Source of the DNA: Lentimonas sp.
Lineage (GTDB): Bacteria; Verrucomicrobiota; Verrucomicrobiia; Opitutales; Coraliomargaritaceae
Length of the DNA: 64,000 nucleotides
Reading direction: 5' to 3'
Assembly (NCBI GenBank): GCA_047617435.1
Contig: JBLGBC010000001.1
Location: 5,502 to 69,501 of the forward strand
Shown: piece after piece, positions 17,429 through 26,896 of the stretch
How the letters are laid out: every line of letters starts with the position of its first letter
Position numbering within the stretch: the stretch's first letter is position 1
Notes under the pieces: model-generated
Told to the model about the DNA's origin: nothing
The model's input: only the letters and a program-made list of their open reading frames with translations
Databases searched by the model: none
Translations under genes and position numbers: made by a program

Positions 17429-17501
17429 GTCGCACTTGTCCGCTATTGGAGCTGCTGCAACCAGCGAGCTATCATTCAAATACGCCGTATTGAGCGATCC
17501 T

Positions 17502-18647
17502 ATGAGTCGCGCGCGAATTTTATTTTTGGATGATAATCCCGACTATGGTGGTCACCAGTTGATGGCGGCGCATGGTTTGGAGGCTGTCTTACAGTCGAAT
17601 CAGTGGGATGTGCGGGGACTCTATAATCCGGAGAATGTAAAGAATCGTGCACGCTGGGAGGCGATCGCATCCGGTTTCAGTCAGGACCGTTTTCAAATGG
17701 CACCCGCGGCGACTAGCAGTGGTCGATTTCAGGCGCTGAAGTCGCATTTTATACCGCATGATTTAGAGGCCTTACGGCTGCAGATTTCCGCGTTTGAGCC
17801 GGATTTGATTTTAGTGATTCAGGGGAATATTGAACAATCGTGTTCTATTTTTAGCATCAAGGGGGAGCTGAGTTGCCCGCTGGTGAGTTATATTCCTTTG
17901 CCGCATAAGCATCAGGAAATGGGTGCCCAACTCGGACTGTTACGTGACTGGACTTGCCGAGGCTTGTACGCTGTCCCGGATGGCTATATCACTCTTTCGG
18001 CAACACTGGCTACGATGTTGCAGGATTATGGTGCCAAAGGCCCCGTGCATGTGGTTGAAAATGGCATTGCCTTAGAGTCCTATCGCGACTTGCCCGCTTC
18101 GGTGGAGGCGCGGCGGCTATTGGGGCTACCTGAGACGGGTTACTTGTGGGGGCACGTCGGGCGTACCGAGTATAAACAGAAGGGGCAGGATGTTTCTTTA
18201 GCAGTATTTGCGCAACGTGCGGCGTTGCATCCCGAGGAGCACCTGGTTTTTTTAGGCAGTGGTCCTGATGATCGGGCGCTACATAAAAGCGCGCAGGGGC
18301 ATCCGCGTGTACATTGCCTGGCTTGGCGGGATCAATTGGCGGTTTTCTATGCTGCGGTGGATGCTCTTTTGCTGCCTTCACGCTACGAAGGCGTTCCGCT
18401 GGTGATGCTGGAAGCCCTGGCATGTGGTGTCCCGGTGGTATCCACCGATCGCGATGGAATGCGCGACTGGTTGCCGAGTTCTTGGCGCTTCCCGTATCGG
18501 GATCGCGGTGCATTTCTAGCCGCAATGACTGCGGTTCGTGCGGATCAGAGCGGTGCCATCGAGGCACTGAAACAAAAGGTTTGGCGTGACCATTCGATGG
18601 AATCCTTCCATCGTGCTTTCAATCTGGAACTGCATTCATGGATCTAA
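17502..18647 (+). CDS. glycosyltransferase family 4
   Basis: ORF track 17397..18647. The ATG at 17502 gives MSRARILFLDDNPDYGGHQLM, a typical GT4 N-terminus. The C-terminus has LLLPSRYEGVPLVMLEALACGVPVVSTDRDGMRD. Confidence 0.8.
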   Translation: MSRARILFLDDNPDYGGHQLMAAHGLEAVLQSNQWDVRGLYNPENVKNRARWEAIASGFSQDRFQMAPAATSSGRFQALKSHFIPHDLEALRLQISAFEPDLILVIQGNIEQSCSIFSIKGELSCPLVSYIPLPHKHQEMGAQLGLLRDWTCRGLYAVPDGYITLSATLATMLQDYGAKGPVHVVENGIALESYRDLPASVEARRLLGLPETGYLWGHVGRTEYKQKGQDVSLAVFAQRAALHPEEHLVFLGSGPDDRALHKSAQGHPRVHCLAWRDQLAVFYAAVDALLLPSRYEGVPLVMLEALACGVPVVSTDRDGMRDWLPSSWRFPYRDRGAFLAAMTAVRADQSGAIEALKQKVWRDHSMESFHRAFNLELHSWI

Positions 18648-19060
18648 AAAATAAAATCCGAAGGTCGACCTGGACTGAACGCTTTGCGATCGCGATGACT
18701 TTCGTGTTTTGCTGCATTTTAGTGCGTTTGACTGTGTGGAAGGAAAGTGAGTTGTTTTGGCTGGATCTCGGTGGCTATGCGGATTGGCAACGCGAGGCTT
18801 TACGCACGTTATACTATCCTTATCTTTTATTCACACTGTCAGCGACTTTGATTTTGAGTTGGTCGGCAGTTTGTGCCTTTTTTCGCACGTTCCGCTTGCG
18901 CCGAGTGTGGGCTCTGCTCGTGCTTTGCTGGGCCCTATTCCTCGGAGCCATTGGACTCTTATTTGCCAATAATTTGACGAATTTCATCGAGGGGCGCCCA
19001 GTTCATTATCACGATTGGGACAGCGTGAAACAGTCATTTGATCGCGATTTAGACGTGTAG
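18638..19060 (+). CDS. small membrane protein (hypothetical)
   Basis: 140 aa with 3 hydrophobic helices. It overlaps the upstream stop by 10 nt and is the last gene of the plus-strand operon. Confidence 0.5.
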   Translation: MDLKNKIRRSTWTERFAIAMTFVFCCILVRLTVWKESELFWLDLGGYADWQREALRTLYYPYLLFTLSATLILSWSAVCAFFRTFRLRRVWALLVLCWALFLGAIGLLFANNLTNFIEGRPVHYHDWDSVKQSFDRDLDV

Positions 19061-19069
19061 GGCACCGGT

Positions 19070-19702
19070 TTAAGGATAAGAGGTGGCGGTCTCGCCCAAT
19101 TGCGGGAAGTGTCTGATCAGGCGGTCGATTTGCACTGTCACGGGTTGACGACCATCGGAGTGGAACTGGGCGGCTCTGGCGCTGGGTTGAACGTACTTTT
19201 GATTCGAGGGGCGAACGGTTTCGTTGAACTGTTGGAGCACGGATGCTCGACTGCGGCCTCGCTGGTTGACATCTCTGTGCACGCGCCTTTCGAGTGCACA
19301 CGCATCGTCGAGGTCGATGAAAATTCGGATCTGAGCGATTGCGTTGAGTGCTTCAAAACAGAGGGCAAAGAGGCCTTCCGCGATGATGTAGTGATTCGAC
19401 AGTAAGGTCTTGTCCGTCGGTTTTCGCAGGTGCTTGCTGAAGTCGTATTGTGGGTACTGAATGCTTTGACCGCGGTTGAGGGCTTGCATCTCGAGGATTA
19501 TGCGCTCGTGTTCCCATGCGTTGGGTTCATCGAAATTATGCCGCTCGCGTGCTGCGTGGCTGAGGTGGCTGAGGTCCCGGTAGTAGTTGTCGAGTGAAAG
19601 GATTGATACGCTGGCCTGGCCCAGGTGAGCGGCGAGGGCCTCGGCGAGGGTTGATTTTCCTGAGCTCGAGGGGCCAGCGATCAGTATGAGGCATGGAGTC
19701 AT
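19070..19702 (-). CDS. udk: uridine kinase
   Basis: 210 aa. P-loop LILIAGPSSSGKSTLAEAL, then SLDNYYRDL...HNFDEPNAWE...YDFSKH...IIAEGLFAL...IFIDLDDACALERRVHRDV, which is the uridine kinase/PRK family pattern. Confidence 0.8.
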   Translation of the reverse strand: MTPCLILIAGPSSSGKSTLAEALAAHLGQASVSILSLDNYYRDLSHLSHAARERHNFDEPNAWEHERIILEMQALNRGQSIQYPQYDFSKHLRKPTDKTLLSNHYIIAEGLFALCFEALNAIAQIRIFIDLDDACALERRVHRDVNQRGRSRASVLQQFNETVRPSNQKYVQPSARAAQFHSDGRQPVTVQIDRLIRHFPQLGETATSYP

Positions 19703-21072
19703 TCTTCAGTCTCAGGTTGCTGTATTGCAGTCTTTTTTTGTGCGGGGAGTCGAATCAGTGCACCGAGTAAGCCGATGTAGGCCATCCAGAGTGCAAGGTT
19801 TTTGGTCTGAGTGAGTACACGTTCGAGACTGCTATGCACATAAGTTATGCTGAATCCGATCAAGATGCCGATGGCGATCGCTGCCTCTAAGCTCCCGCGC
19901 CGAAAGAGAATGAGTGGAATCGTACGGGATGTGACCACGACAATAAAGAGTATGAACGTCAGATAGCCGAGCCAACCGGTTTCACTTTTTAAGAGCCAGT
20001 AGTGGCTCTCGACTACGCCTTTGGCATAATCATAATCCACTCGCATGCCACGTTCGGCGTTCCAGTCATCAATCACATTGCCATAGGGGAAGGGCGGGTT
20101 GATGGCGACCCCGAAATTATTCCAGCCGACGCCCAGTGGATTTGCTTCGAGCATTGCTTTGGCTGCCAAGTTCATGACCTCGCGGGTTCCTTCGCTGGCG
20201 TAATTACCTTCGTCTTGAAAGCGTTTGATGATTGTGTCCATTGACATGCTTAGGACAAATATGCCCCCGATCGTCATCGCTAAAATGGTTATAATCCGAC
20301 GGGCGGAGATCCGGTCATAGAAGCCGCCTCCGATGACGACAATGGAACCCAGAGCAAAAAAGACCAAAGCGGCTCGGGATAAGGTGGCGATAATTATGAT
20401 ACTGGAGCAGGCGTAGGCTGCAAAATAGAAATGGCTGCGCCAGAGTTTTGTGGCGGGTGACATGGCGGCTGCGAGTAGCGGTAAGGCTGCCATGTAGGTG
20501 AACATCGCCAACGGGTTTTGATGCTCGAATAACCCATGTACTTGATAGTCGCCGTCAATCCATTTCATCTTCGCGACGACTAAGAACTGATACATTAACA
20601 TGATGGAGATGCCTGTCAGTATGACGTGTACTTCACGGCGGCTGCGTACGTAATTCGCGACGGCGTAAACGATCAGCCAGACTTTGGCATGCTTGGAAAT
20701 ACTCATCAGTACGTAGCTGGATTCGATGGCAGTAAATAGAGATAGACTGCTCGCGGCGATGTAGAGTATCCAAAGTAGGGTGCCCATCGGCAGGACGACC
20801 AGTTTTTTCTTGGAGTTGAAAATAGTCGCAAAGATCAAGGAGACCGAGAGTATCTCCATCATGCTGAATTCGTAACCTTTTGTGACGCCGCGATACCACT
20901 CGATGGAATTGAGGACGAGTACTGTGGTATCAATATGTAGTCCGAGTAGAAACATCAGCAGTCCCATGGCGACATCCTGCATCCGGCGATCCTTGGATAG
21001 GATGTATCCACCGATCGGGCCCAGCAGCAAGTAGCCGTTCGCGAGTATGGAAAATTTGATTAGATCAAGCAT
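19699..21072 (-). CDS. O-antigen ligase/polymerase-like membrane protein (Wzy-type)
   Basis: ORF track 19699..21108 starts at TTG; the ATG at 21072 is more likely. The protein has about 10-12 TM helices, with IIIATLSRAALVFFALGSIVVIGG typical of the O-antigen ligase (Wzy_C) domain and a large periplasmic loop. Confidence 0.7.
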   Translation of the reverse strand: MLDLIKFSILANGYLLLGPIGGYILSKDRRMQDVAMGLLMFLLGLHIDTTVLVLNSIEWYRGVTKGYEFSMMEILSVSLIFATIFNSKKKLVVLPMGTLLWILYIAASSLSLFTAIESSYVLMSISKHAKVWLIVYAVANYVRSRREVHVILTGISIMLMYQFLVVAKMKWIDGDYQVHGLFEHQNPLAMFTYMAALPLLAAAMSPATKLWRSHFYFAAYACSSIIIIATLSRAALVFFALGSIVVIGGGFYDRISARRIITILAMTIGGIFVLSMSMDTIIKRFQDEGNYASEGTREVMNLAAKAMLEANPLGVGWNNFGVAINPPFPYGNVIDDWNAERGMRVDYDYAKGVVESHYWLLKSETGWLGYLTFILFIVVVTSRTIPLILFRRGSLEAAIAIGILIGFSITYVHSSLERVLTQTKNLALWMAYIGLLGALIRLPAQKKTAIQQPETEE

Positions 21073-22306
21073 TCTGCGTATCGCTGGCTCGTTGGAGCGT
21101 GGCCTCAATCTGATCGGTCATGATTTCTACTGTGAAGTGCGCGGTGATCTCTTGATGTGCCGATGCACTGATACTTTGTCCGTAGTCGGGCAGTTGCAGC
21201 AAGCGTAGAATGGCCTGGGCGAGCGAGCTGGCGGACCCGGCTTCGAAGCCCAGCGCATTGGTTCCATCGGCCAGCAACTCGGCATCGCCCCCATCGGGAC
21301 ACATGATGACCGGGAGCCCGGCTGACATAGCTTCGAGTGGAGTTAATGCGAAGGGTTCACCCCAATTACTCGAGAAAATGTAACCATCGTATTGCGCATA
21401 CCGGGTGCGTATTTCAGCATGGGGCGCCGATTTAAGCCGCACGCAAGCCTGCGCGCCGGCTCGTTTTATTTCGTCCTGAATTTGCGCGGTGTATTCGGGC
21501 TCGCCACGACCATAAATGTCGAGAGTCAGTGGCAATTGCGAGAGCTGTCGTGCCTCCAGAAACCCCTTTAAGGCCGTCATGGGATCTTTATCCTGTGCCA
21601 GCCGTCCGACCCAGATGAAATTACGAGGGGGGTGGAACGCGGTCTTACGCTTAAACTGTGCCTGCTCGACCCCGCAATGAATGACCTTTGCGTGTTCGAC
21701 CGGGTAGCCTTTACCTGCAGTGGTTCGGCGCATGAAATCACTGCAGAAATAGATCTGCTTGAATTTCAGCTGCGTGACCGGTGCGGTCGGGACTTGTTGC
21801 TGGATCCAAGTTCGGAGTCCAGTCACAGTCAGCAGATTGCGTAGTAAGCTGCGGCAGATTGAGCCGGGGCGGTTCCACCAGGACAACCAGACGTCAGCGA
21901 TCAGGCTGCGTGCGATCCAGTGGTCGGAGATGTCGTAGACCACAGGAATCGACTGCGCTTCTAAGCTGTGGAGTAGTGATTTACTGAGCCCCCCCATGTT
22001 CCAAATATGCACGACATCGATTTCGAGTGTGCGCAGTAGCTCGCGCAGAATGAGCTGATTCGTTTTTTCCAGCAGGTAGAGCTTGTGAATCGGTAGCCAG
22101 GGGTGTCCGAAGAATCCGTGAATGCGCAGTTTTCGGTGGATCTGATTTTCGTCGCTGGTATTGCTTTGCTCTAGCTTATGGTTGGACGTGAGTACGTGAA
22201 CGTGATGGCCGCGCGCGCGCAGGCATTCGACGGTATGCAGGCAGCGTTCTTCGTAGCCGCCGATGCCGAGTGGCGGGTAGAGGTTGCTGATGACAAGGAT
22301 TTTCAT
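21065..22306 (-). CDS. glycosyltransferase family 4
   Basis: ORF track 21065..22459. The ATG at 22306 gives MKILVISNLYPPLGIGGYE. The C-terminus has IFSSNWGEPFALTPLEAMSAGLPVIMCPDGGDAEL. Confidence 0.85.
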   Translation of the reverse strand: MKILVISNLYPPLGIGGYEERCLHTVECLRARGHHVHVLTSNHKLEQSNTSDENQIHRKLRIHGFFGHPWLPIHKLYLLEKTNQLILRELLRTLEIDVVHIWNMGGLSKSLLHSLEAQSIPVVYDISDHWIARSLIADVWLSWWNRPGSICRSLLRNLLTVTGLRTWIQQQVPTAPVTQLKFKQIYFCSDFMRRTTAGKGYPVEHAKVIHCGVEQAQFKRKTAFHPPRNFIWVGRLAQDKDPMTALKGFLEARQLSQLPLTLDIYGRGEPEYTAQIQDEIKRAGAQACVRLKSAPHAEIRTRYAQYDGYIFSSNWGEPFALTPLEAMSAGLPVIMCPDGGDAELLADGTNALGFEAGSASSLAQAILRLLQLPDYGQSISASAHQEITAHFTVEIMTDQIEATLQRASDTQNA

Positions 22307-22316
22307 GGCGCAGGGC

Positions 22317-23120
22317 TTAGCCTTTATTGGGATCAAAGAATTTCCAGCAGAGTGCACCGATAAGACGGCGCATGCTGGTCTTGAATGTAGCGGTCGCTGC
22401 GGTCCGACCGAGCAACAAGCCCGGTAAGTTGAGGGCAATAATCTTAATGGAAGAGGCATGCCCCAACCATGTCACGCTGAGTTCGTAGCGTTGCGCGATA
22501 AAGAAAGTGAGGGCAGTATACCGGATTAGCCGGTTGTGTCCGTTTCTGTGGTAGTTAAACGCTACATTTCGTCGGCAGATGTGTTGTCCCGAACGTAGAT
22601 TGCGGAGGGCCCAATCGTAATCCTCCATTCCGTTAATGCTTTCATCAAAGGGGCAGTTGGCCCAATTCGCCCGCTTCAATAGCCCTAAGCTGTTTGAATA
22701 AATCGATCCAAATTTGAGTCCTTTTTCGCACAGCTCGTCCCAGTTGATGTGGTCGGAGTAGTAGGGGTCGTTGTCCCATTTGATGCTACTGGCGCAAACC
22801 GTGAGGTCTTCCACGTCGCGGCACAGTAGTTCCACGGTGTTGGCATCTTGCATTACGGTGTGTGAACTGAGGCAGAGTACCAGCGGTGTTGTACAATGCT
22901 GCATTCCGAAGTTGAGCACCATGGAATGATGGTAGGGCTGGTTCCATTCGATCACCGCCGCGCCCGCGCTACGGAGTAAGTCGCTCGAAGCATCTGAACT
23001 CCCGGTATCGATGGCTAGGATCCGATCGACCGGTCGACTCTGTTGCTGCAGTGCTTTCAGTACCTCCGGCAGTGTAGCGGCCGAGTTTTTGAAGCGAATC
23101 AGTGCGGTGATTTCAGCCAT
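22317..23120 (-). CDS. glycosyltransferase family 2-like
   Basis: ORF track 22317..23327. The ATG at 23120 gives MAEITALIRFKNSAATLPEVLKALQQQSRPVDRILAIDTGSSDAS, a GT2 N-terminal D-x-D region. Confidence 0.7.
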   Translation of the reverse strand: MAEITALIRFKNSAATLPEVLKALQQQSRPVDRILAIDTGSSDASSDLLRSAGAAVIEWNQPYHHSMVLNFGMQHCTTPLVLCLSSHTVMQDANTVELLCRDVEDLTVCASSIKWDNDPYYSDHINWDELCEKGLKFGSIYSNSLGLLKRANWANCPFDESINGMEDYDWALRNLRSGQHICRRNVAFNYHRNGHNRLIRYTALTFFIAQRYELSVTWLGHASSIKIIALNLPGLLLGRTAATATFKTSMRRLIGALCWKFFDPNKG

Positions 23121-23985
23121 TCGAGCATCCTTCCTGATCGCCGTGCGCCTGACCGAGACGCTGTTGGTAGCGCACGCGGAAGGCGTGATAGAATTGGTCG
23201 AGTTGCTGGGTCCGGCGGCAGTAGTTGAAGTCGCGTAGCGTATCCTTAATGACGGGAAGCCACACCTGGCAGAACCGGTTGCGCTTGATGGGGGGCGAGT
23301 GTCCTGCCTGGGCGATTGCCATCGCATCGCCCTTTGCCCGCTGGTAGGCTTGGGCCGGCGTGTAATTGTGCGAGTGGGTCACGATCGAGTTTTCAGCCAT
23401 TACTATGGGATAGCCGGCCGCTTTTAAGCGGCGCGTCCATTCGTCGTCCTCGGCATAGTGCAAGTCCTCGCGGATCGGGTGATGGGCCCAAGTCGGCTTG
23501 TAGGCGACGCAACTGACCATGCTGAAGAAGTGATCCCATTGGCCGGATTCTCGCTCGGGGCCGAAGCATCGTGCGTAGTCATGTGCGAAGACGGCTTGGC
23601 AATCCTGCCGCGGGATCTGTTGGCTAAAAGCCGCGCCGAGGTTGGGCGTATCCACGGCGGCTTGAAGTAACTGTGTGAGCCATTTCTCATTGGCCGGAGT
23701 GGCATCGGAATTGAGGAAAACCACCCACTCATTCGTCGCCAAGTCAAAGCCCTGATTGAGGACTGTGCCGGGCACATAGCTGCCCGCTTGCAGGATAATA
23801 AATTCTTTTGGATTGTAGCGGCGGATGATTTCATGCGAGCCATCCGTCGAAGCGCTGTCGATGACAATTAATTCAATCGTGCCGCGGAAATCCTGAGAAA
23901 ACACAGCCTTTAATGTGTCTTCCAGAGCCCAGGCTTCGTTATACGAGCGCAGCACCAGACTGATGGTTTCGGGCAGCGGGGTCAT
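23113..23985 (-). CDS. glycosyltransferase family 2
   Basis: 290 aa. SLVLRSYNEAWALEDTLKAVFSQDFRGTIELIVIDSASTDGS...VVFLNSDA is the GT2 pattern. Confidence 0.8.
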   Translation of the reverse strand: MTPLPETISLVLRSYNEAWALEDTLKAVFSQDFRGTIELIVIDSASTDGSHEIIRRYNPKEFIILQAGSYVPGTVLNQGFDLATNEWVVFLNSDATPANEKWLTQLLQAAVDTPNLGAAFSQQIPRQDCQAVFAHDYARCFGPERESGQWDHFFSMVSCVAYKPTWAHHPIREDLHYAEDDEWTRRLKAAGYPIVMAENSIVTHSHNYTPAQAYQRAKGDAMAIAQAGHSPPIKRNRFCQVWLPVIKDTLRDFNYCRRTQQLDQFYHAFRVRYQQRLGQAHGDQEGCSNG

Positions 23986-25238
23986 CGGTATTTTTCTGCG
24001 ACTTGCTGATAAATCGTTTCCAGTTGATCGGCCAGGCGTGTCCAGGTATAGCGCTGCTGGATTTCACGTTGCGCCTGCTCGACCGTGGATCGGCGAAGTG
24101 CCTCAACTGTGCGGATGCGTTGCATGGCTGCGACCAGTGCCTCGCAATGGCCGCTTTCGAAGTGCAGGCCGTTTTTCTCATGGCTGACTAATCGGGACAG
24201 CCCGCCGACATTTGCCGCAATCACAGGTTTTCCGGCCGCCCAGGCTTCCAGCACAACAATGCCAAAGGGTTCATGGCGCGAGGGGAGTACAAAGCAATCG
24301 AGGGCAGCGAACAGCCCCCGATGTTCCGGGGTGTCCGGCGTCACCGGAGGCAGGATACGGATGCGTTGGCCGAAGCCGGACGCCTCGGCTGCAGCCTTTA
24401 ATGTGTTGTGGTAAGCGAGATTGGTGATCGGCCCGCACAGCACCAGCGCGGCATTCGGATCCTGCGCGGCGATCCGGCAGAAGGCATTGATCAGCAAAAC
24501 CTGGTTTTTCTGTGGATCGAGCCGTGAGATGCAGCCATAGAGAAAGGTCGTGTCGTTGCAGCCGAGCTGGTTGCGTGTGGTCGTACGTTCCGCTTGAGTC
24601 GCATTGAATCGCTCTGGATGCACACCGTTGGGCAGGAAATGGACTCGTTCGGAACCGAGGGCGGCACGGGCTTTTTCGTATTCGGAAAAGCCGACACAGA
24701 GCACGGCATCCACCTCATGCAACATGCGGCGACTGCCAAAGTAGGCACCGAAGGCGCGCCCCCATTCGAACTTACCCGCTTGAGCTGGCACGACATCGGC
24801 TGCCTCAATTTCAGGCACATCAAACATGTTGCCGTGCAGTGTGACGACGCAGGGGCGGCGCGCCAGACGGGCGGCTTTGAGTACGGAGGCACCCGTCCGC
24901 TTCGTCACGTGGGCATGGAAGATGCGCACATCCTTGGCTTTGCGCAGGGCACGGTAGAGTGGCCAGGAGAGTAAGTTGCCGCCTTTCTGATCCAACTGAT
25001 TTCGGTCTTCGGCGCAGAGCCCCAGAAAGGGGTAGCAATACGGATAGCGATGGACGGGGATCGTTCTGAAACGCTCACTGCGATTCGGATTGAGCGCCAT
25101 CGAAGTGTGAATCTCGGGTTGCCAGCCCTGCGCCAATTGCGCCTCACACAGTGCTGTGATCACTGCTTCTGTGCCGCCCCAATCGCTGGTACTGAATCGG
25201 CGGGGGATGTGGAGTATGCGTTGGGGCGATTCGCTCAT
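23982..25238 (-). CDS. glycosyltransferase family 4
   Basis: 418 aa. ILHIPRRFSTSDWGGTE...CFVLPSRHEPFGIVVLEAWAAGKPVIAANVGGL. Confidence 0.85.
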   Translation of the reverse strand: MSESPQRILHIPRRFSTSDWGGTEAVITALCEAQLAQGWQPEIHTSMALNPNRSERFRTIPVHRYPYCYPFLGLCAEDRNQLDQKGGNLLSWPLYRALRKAKDVRIFHAHVTKRTGASVLKAARLARRPCVVTLHGNMFDVPEIEAADVVPAQAGKFEWGRAFGAYFGSRRMLHEVDAVLCVGFSEYEKARAALGSERVHFLPNGVHPERFNATQAERTTTRNQLGCNDTTFLYGCISRLDPQKNQVLLINAFCRIAAQDPNAALVLCGPITNLAYHNTLKAAAEASGFGQRIRILPPVTPDTPEHRGLFAALDCFVLPSRHEPFGIVVLEAWAAGKPVIAANVGGLSRLVSHEKNGLHFESGHCEALVAAMQRIRTVEALRRSTVEQAQREIQQRYTWTRLADQLETIYQQVAEKYR

Positions 25239-26896
25239 TCGTCCAGAGCCTTTTTGATGTTATTTAAGAGCAGCGGGATGAGTTGTTTTTTACGTGAAAC
25301 AAACTCATCAATAATCCAAGGCGTGTTGCGCTTCAGGTGAACTTCCGGAATTTGTGCCCGCAACCATTTGTCTTCCGAACTGATGAGCAGTATGCGGCTG
25401 CGACCCTTGACTACATCGGTGATCATCAGGGCCCCGAAGACTGCTGTGCTTGCGCTCAAACTATGGCTGAAGGCTTCGGAGAGTTGGGCGGCCAGGGCTT
25501 CATCCAGCACATCCAAATCGACTGTTTCGATTTGAGCCGCTAAGAACTGTACCGATTCAAAGGTGAATGGCTTGCAGTCATGCCGCACCAGTACCTCCGG
25601 AGACGCTGTGGTCAGTTCATCGTTTTGCTTGAGCACTTTGAGCCCGAAGTCCCGTAGTTTGACTCCCGCGGTGGCCGCGAGCTGGGTGGCGCGTTTTTTG
25701 TCACTTTGGGTACAGGTGGGGGAGGTGAGTAGTAAGGTATCCGAGATCAATGCGCCTAATAAAAGTTTTGCGATCGAAGCGGGCATTTCGATGCCGGCTT
25801 CTTTGATGTGATCGTACAGGATCGATGCGGTGGAGCCGAGCGGGCGCACGTCGATGCTGAGTGGTTGGATGGTTTCAATGTCGCCCAAGCGATGATGGTC
25901 GATGATTTCGATGACTTCCGCGTCCTCCAATCCGTCGATGCTTTGTCCGCGCTCACTGTGGTCGACTAAACTGATCTTTGGGCGTTTTAAGTTGAGCAAG
26001 TCGAGCGCCGAGATGGCGCCTGCCGCGTGCCCTTGTGCATCAATGACGAGTAAGCCCCATGGCGATTTGCGCATGTAGTGGCAGATTCGATCCTCCTCCG
26101 AGTGCTCTTCAACGGTAATAAAGGTTTCGTCCATTGCCGCTGAGGCCGGAAAGCAACCGGGCAATTGAGTCAGCATGCCGATGACGGTTCCGTGGTAACG
26201 GTACACGGGGCAAGGGAGTTGGTGCGCGATTTCTTCAGCCCTGGAATCTTCGATATCAGTCAGGATGATGGCTGCGGGGGGTGTCTCGCGGATCTTGTCG
26301 AGGAATTGATCGCGGTCGCCGATAATGAGGGCGGTTTTGTTGTTCCAGTTGCCCTGAATATTTGCCTTATGTAGGGGGACCTGCAGTAGATCCACTTTCG
26401 GCAGTTGCGGATTGGATCGGATTGTCGTGAGTTGCAGGCCGCGGATGAGGTGATTGAAATCCAATAGCGTCCCAATGAAGTCTTCGACATTACACTGGAG
26501 CAAATAATTGGTTCGCTGGGTCCGGTCGCTGATGATGCCGAGTGGGCGCCCGGCGGGGTCCACCACAGCTACAAATTCAGTACCCGCGCGTTGCATGATC
26601 TCCAAGGCTTCCCGCAGGGGGCAGTCTTGTTTGACTACGGGGACTGGGCGGCAGATTTCTCCCGCGCGATAACGGCAGGTTACGCGATATTGCGGCAGGC
26701 TGCAATGGGCCTGTTCAAATAGCCAGGTAGTTTGGCGATTCACCGCTCCCAGACGCAATGGGATGGCTTTCGAGCTGGGGTTGCCCTGATTGTGGAGCCA
26801 TGCCAGTACGTGGGCAGAAACGACGCTGTCACAATCGGGGTTTTTATGACCGACGATATAATGCGGTACGATCTTAGTCTTTGCTTTGAGCTGCAT
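25235..26896 (-). CDS. CBS-domain-containing family II inorganic pyrophosphatase (DHH - CBS pair - DHHA2)
   Basis: 553 aa. IVGHKNPDCDSVVSAHVLAW is DHH motif I-II. An inserted CBS-like region follows (REALEIMQRAGTEFVAVVDPAGRPLGIISDR). Then LVDHSE, IDHHRLG and the DHHA2-like tail. Confidence 0.75.
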   Translation of the reverse strand: MQLKAKTKIVPHYIVGHKNPDCDSVVSAHVLAWLHNQGNPSSKAIPLRLGAVNRQTTWLFEQAHCSLPQYRVTCRYRAGEICRPVPVVKQDCPLREALEIMQRAGTEFVAVVDPAGRPLGIISDRTQRTNYLLQCNVEDFIGTLLDFNHLIRGLQLTTIRSNPQLPKVDLLQVPLHKANIQGNWNNKTALIIGDRDQFLDKIRETPPAAIILTDIEDSRAEEIAHQLPCPVYRYHGTVIGMLTQLPGCFPASAAMDETFITVEEHSEEDRICHYMRKSPWGLLVIDAQGHAAGAISALDLLNLKRPKISLVDHSERGQSIDGLEDAEVIEIIDHHRLGDIETIQPLSIDVRPLGSTASILYDHIKEAGIEMPASIAKLLLGALISDTLLLTSPTCTQSDKKRATQLAATAGVKLRDFGLKVLKQNDELTTASPEVLVRHDCKPFTFESVQFLAAQIETVDLDVLDEALAAQLSEAFSHSLSASTAVFGALMITDVVKGRSRILLISSEDKWLRAQIPEVHLKRNTPWIIDEFVSRKKQLIPLLLNNIKKALDE

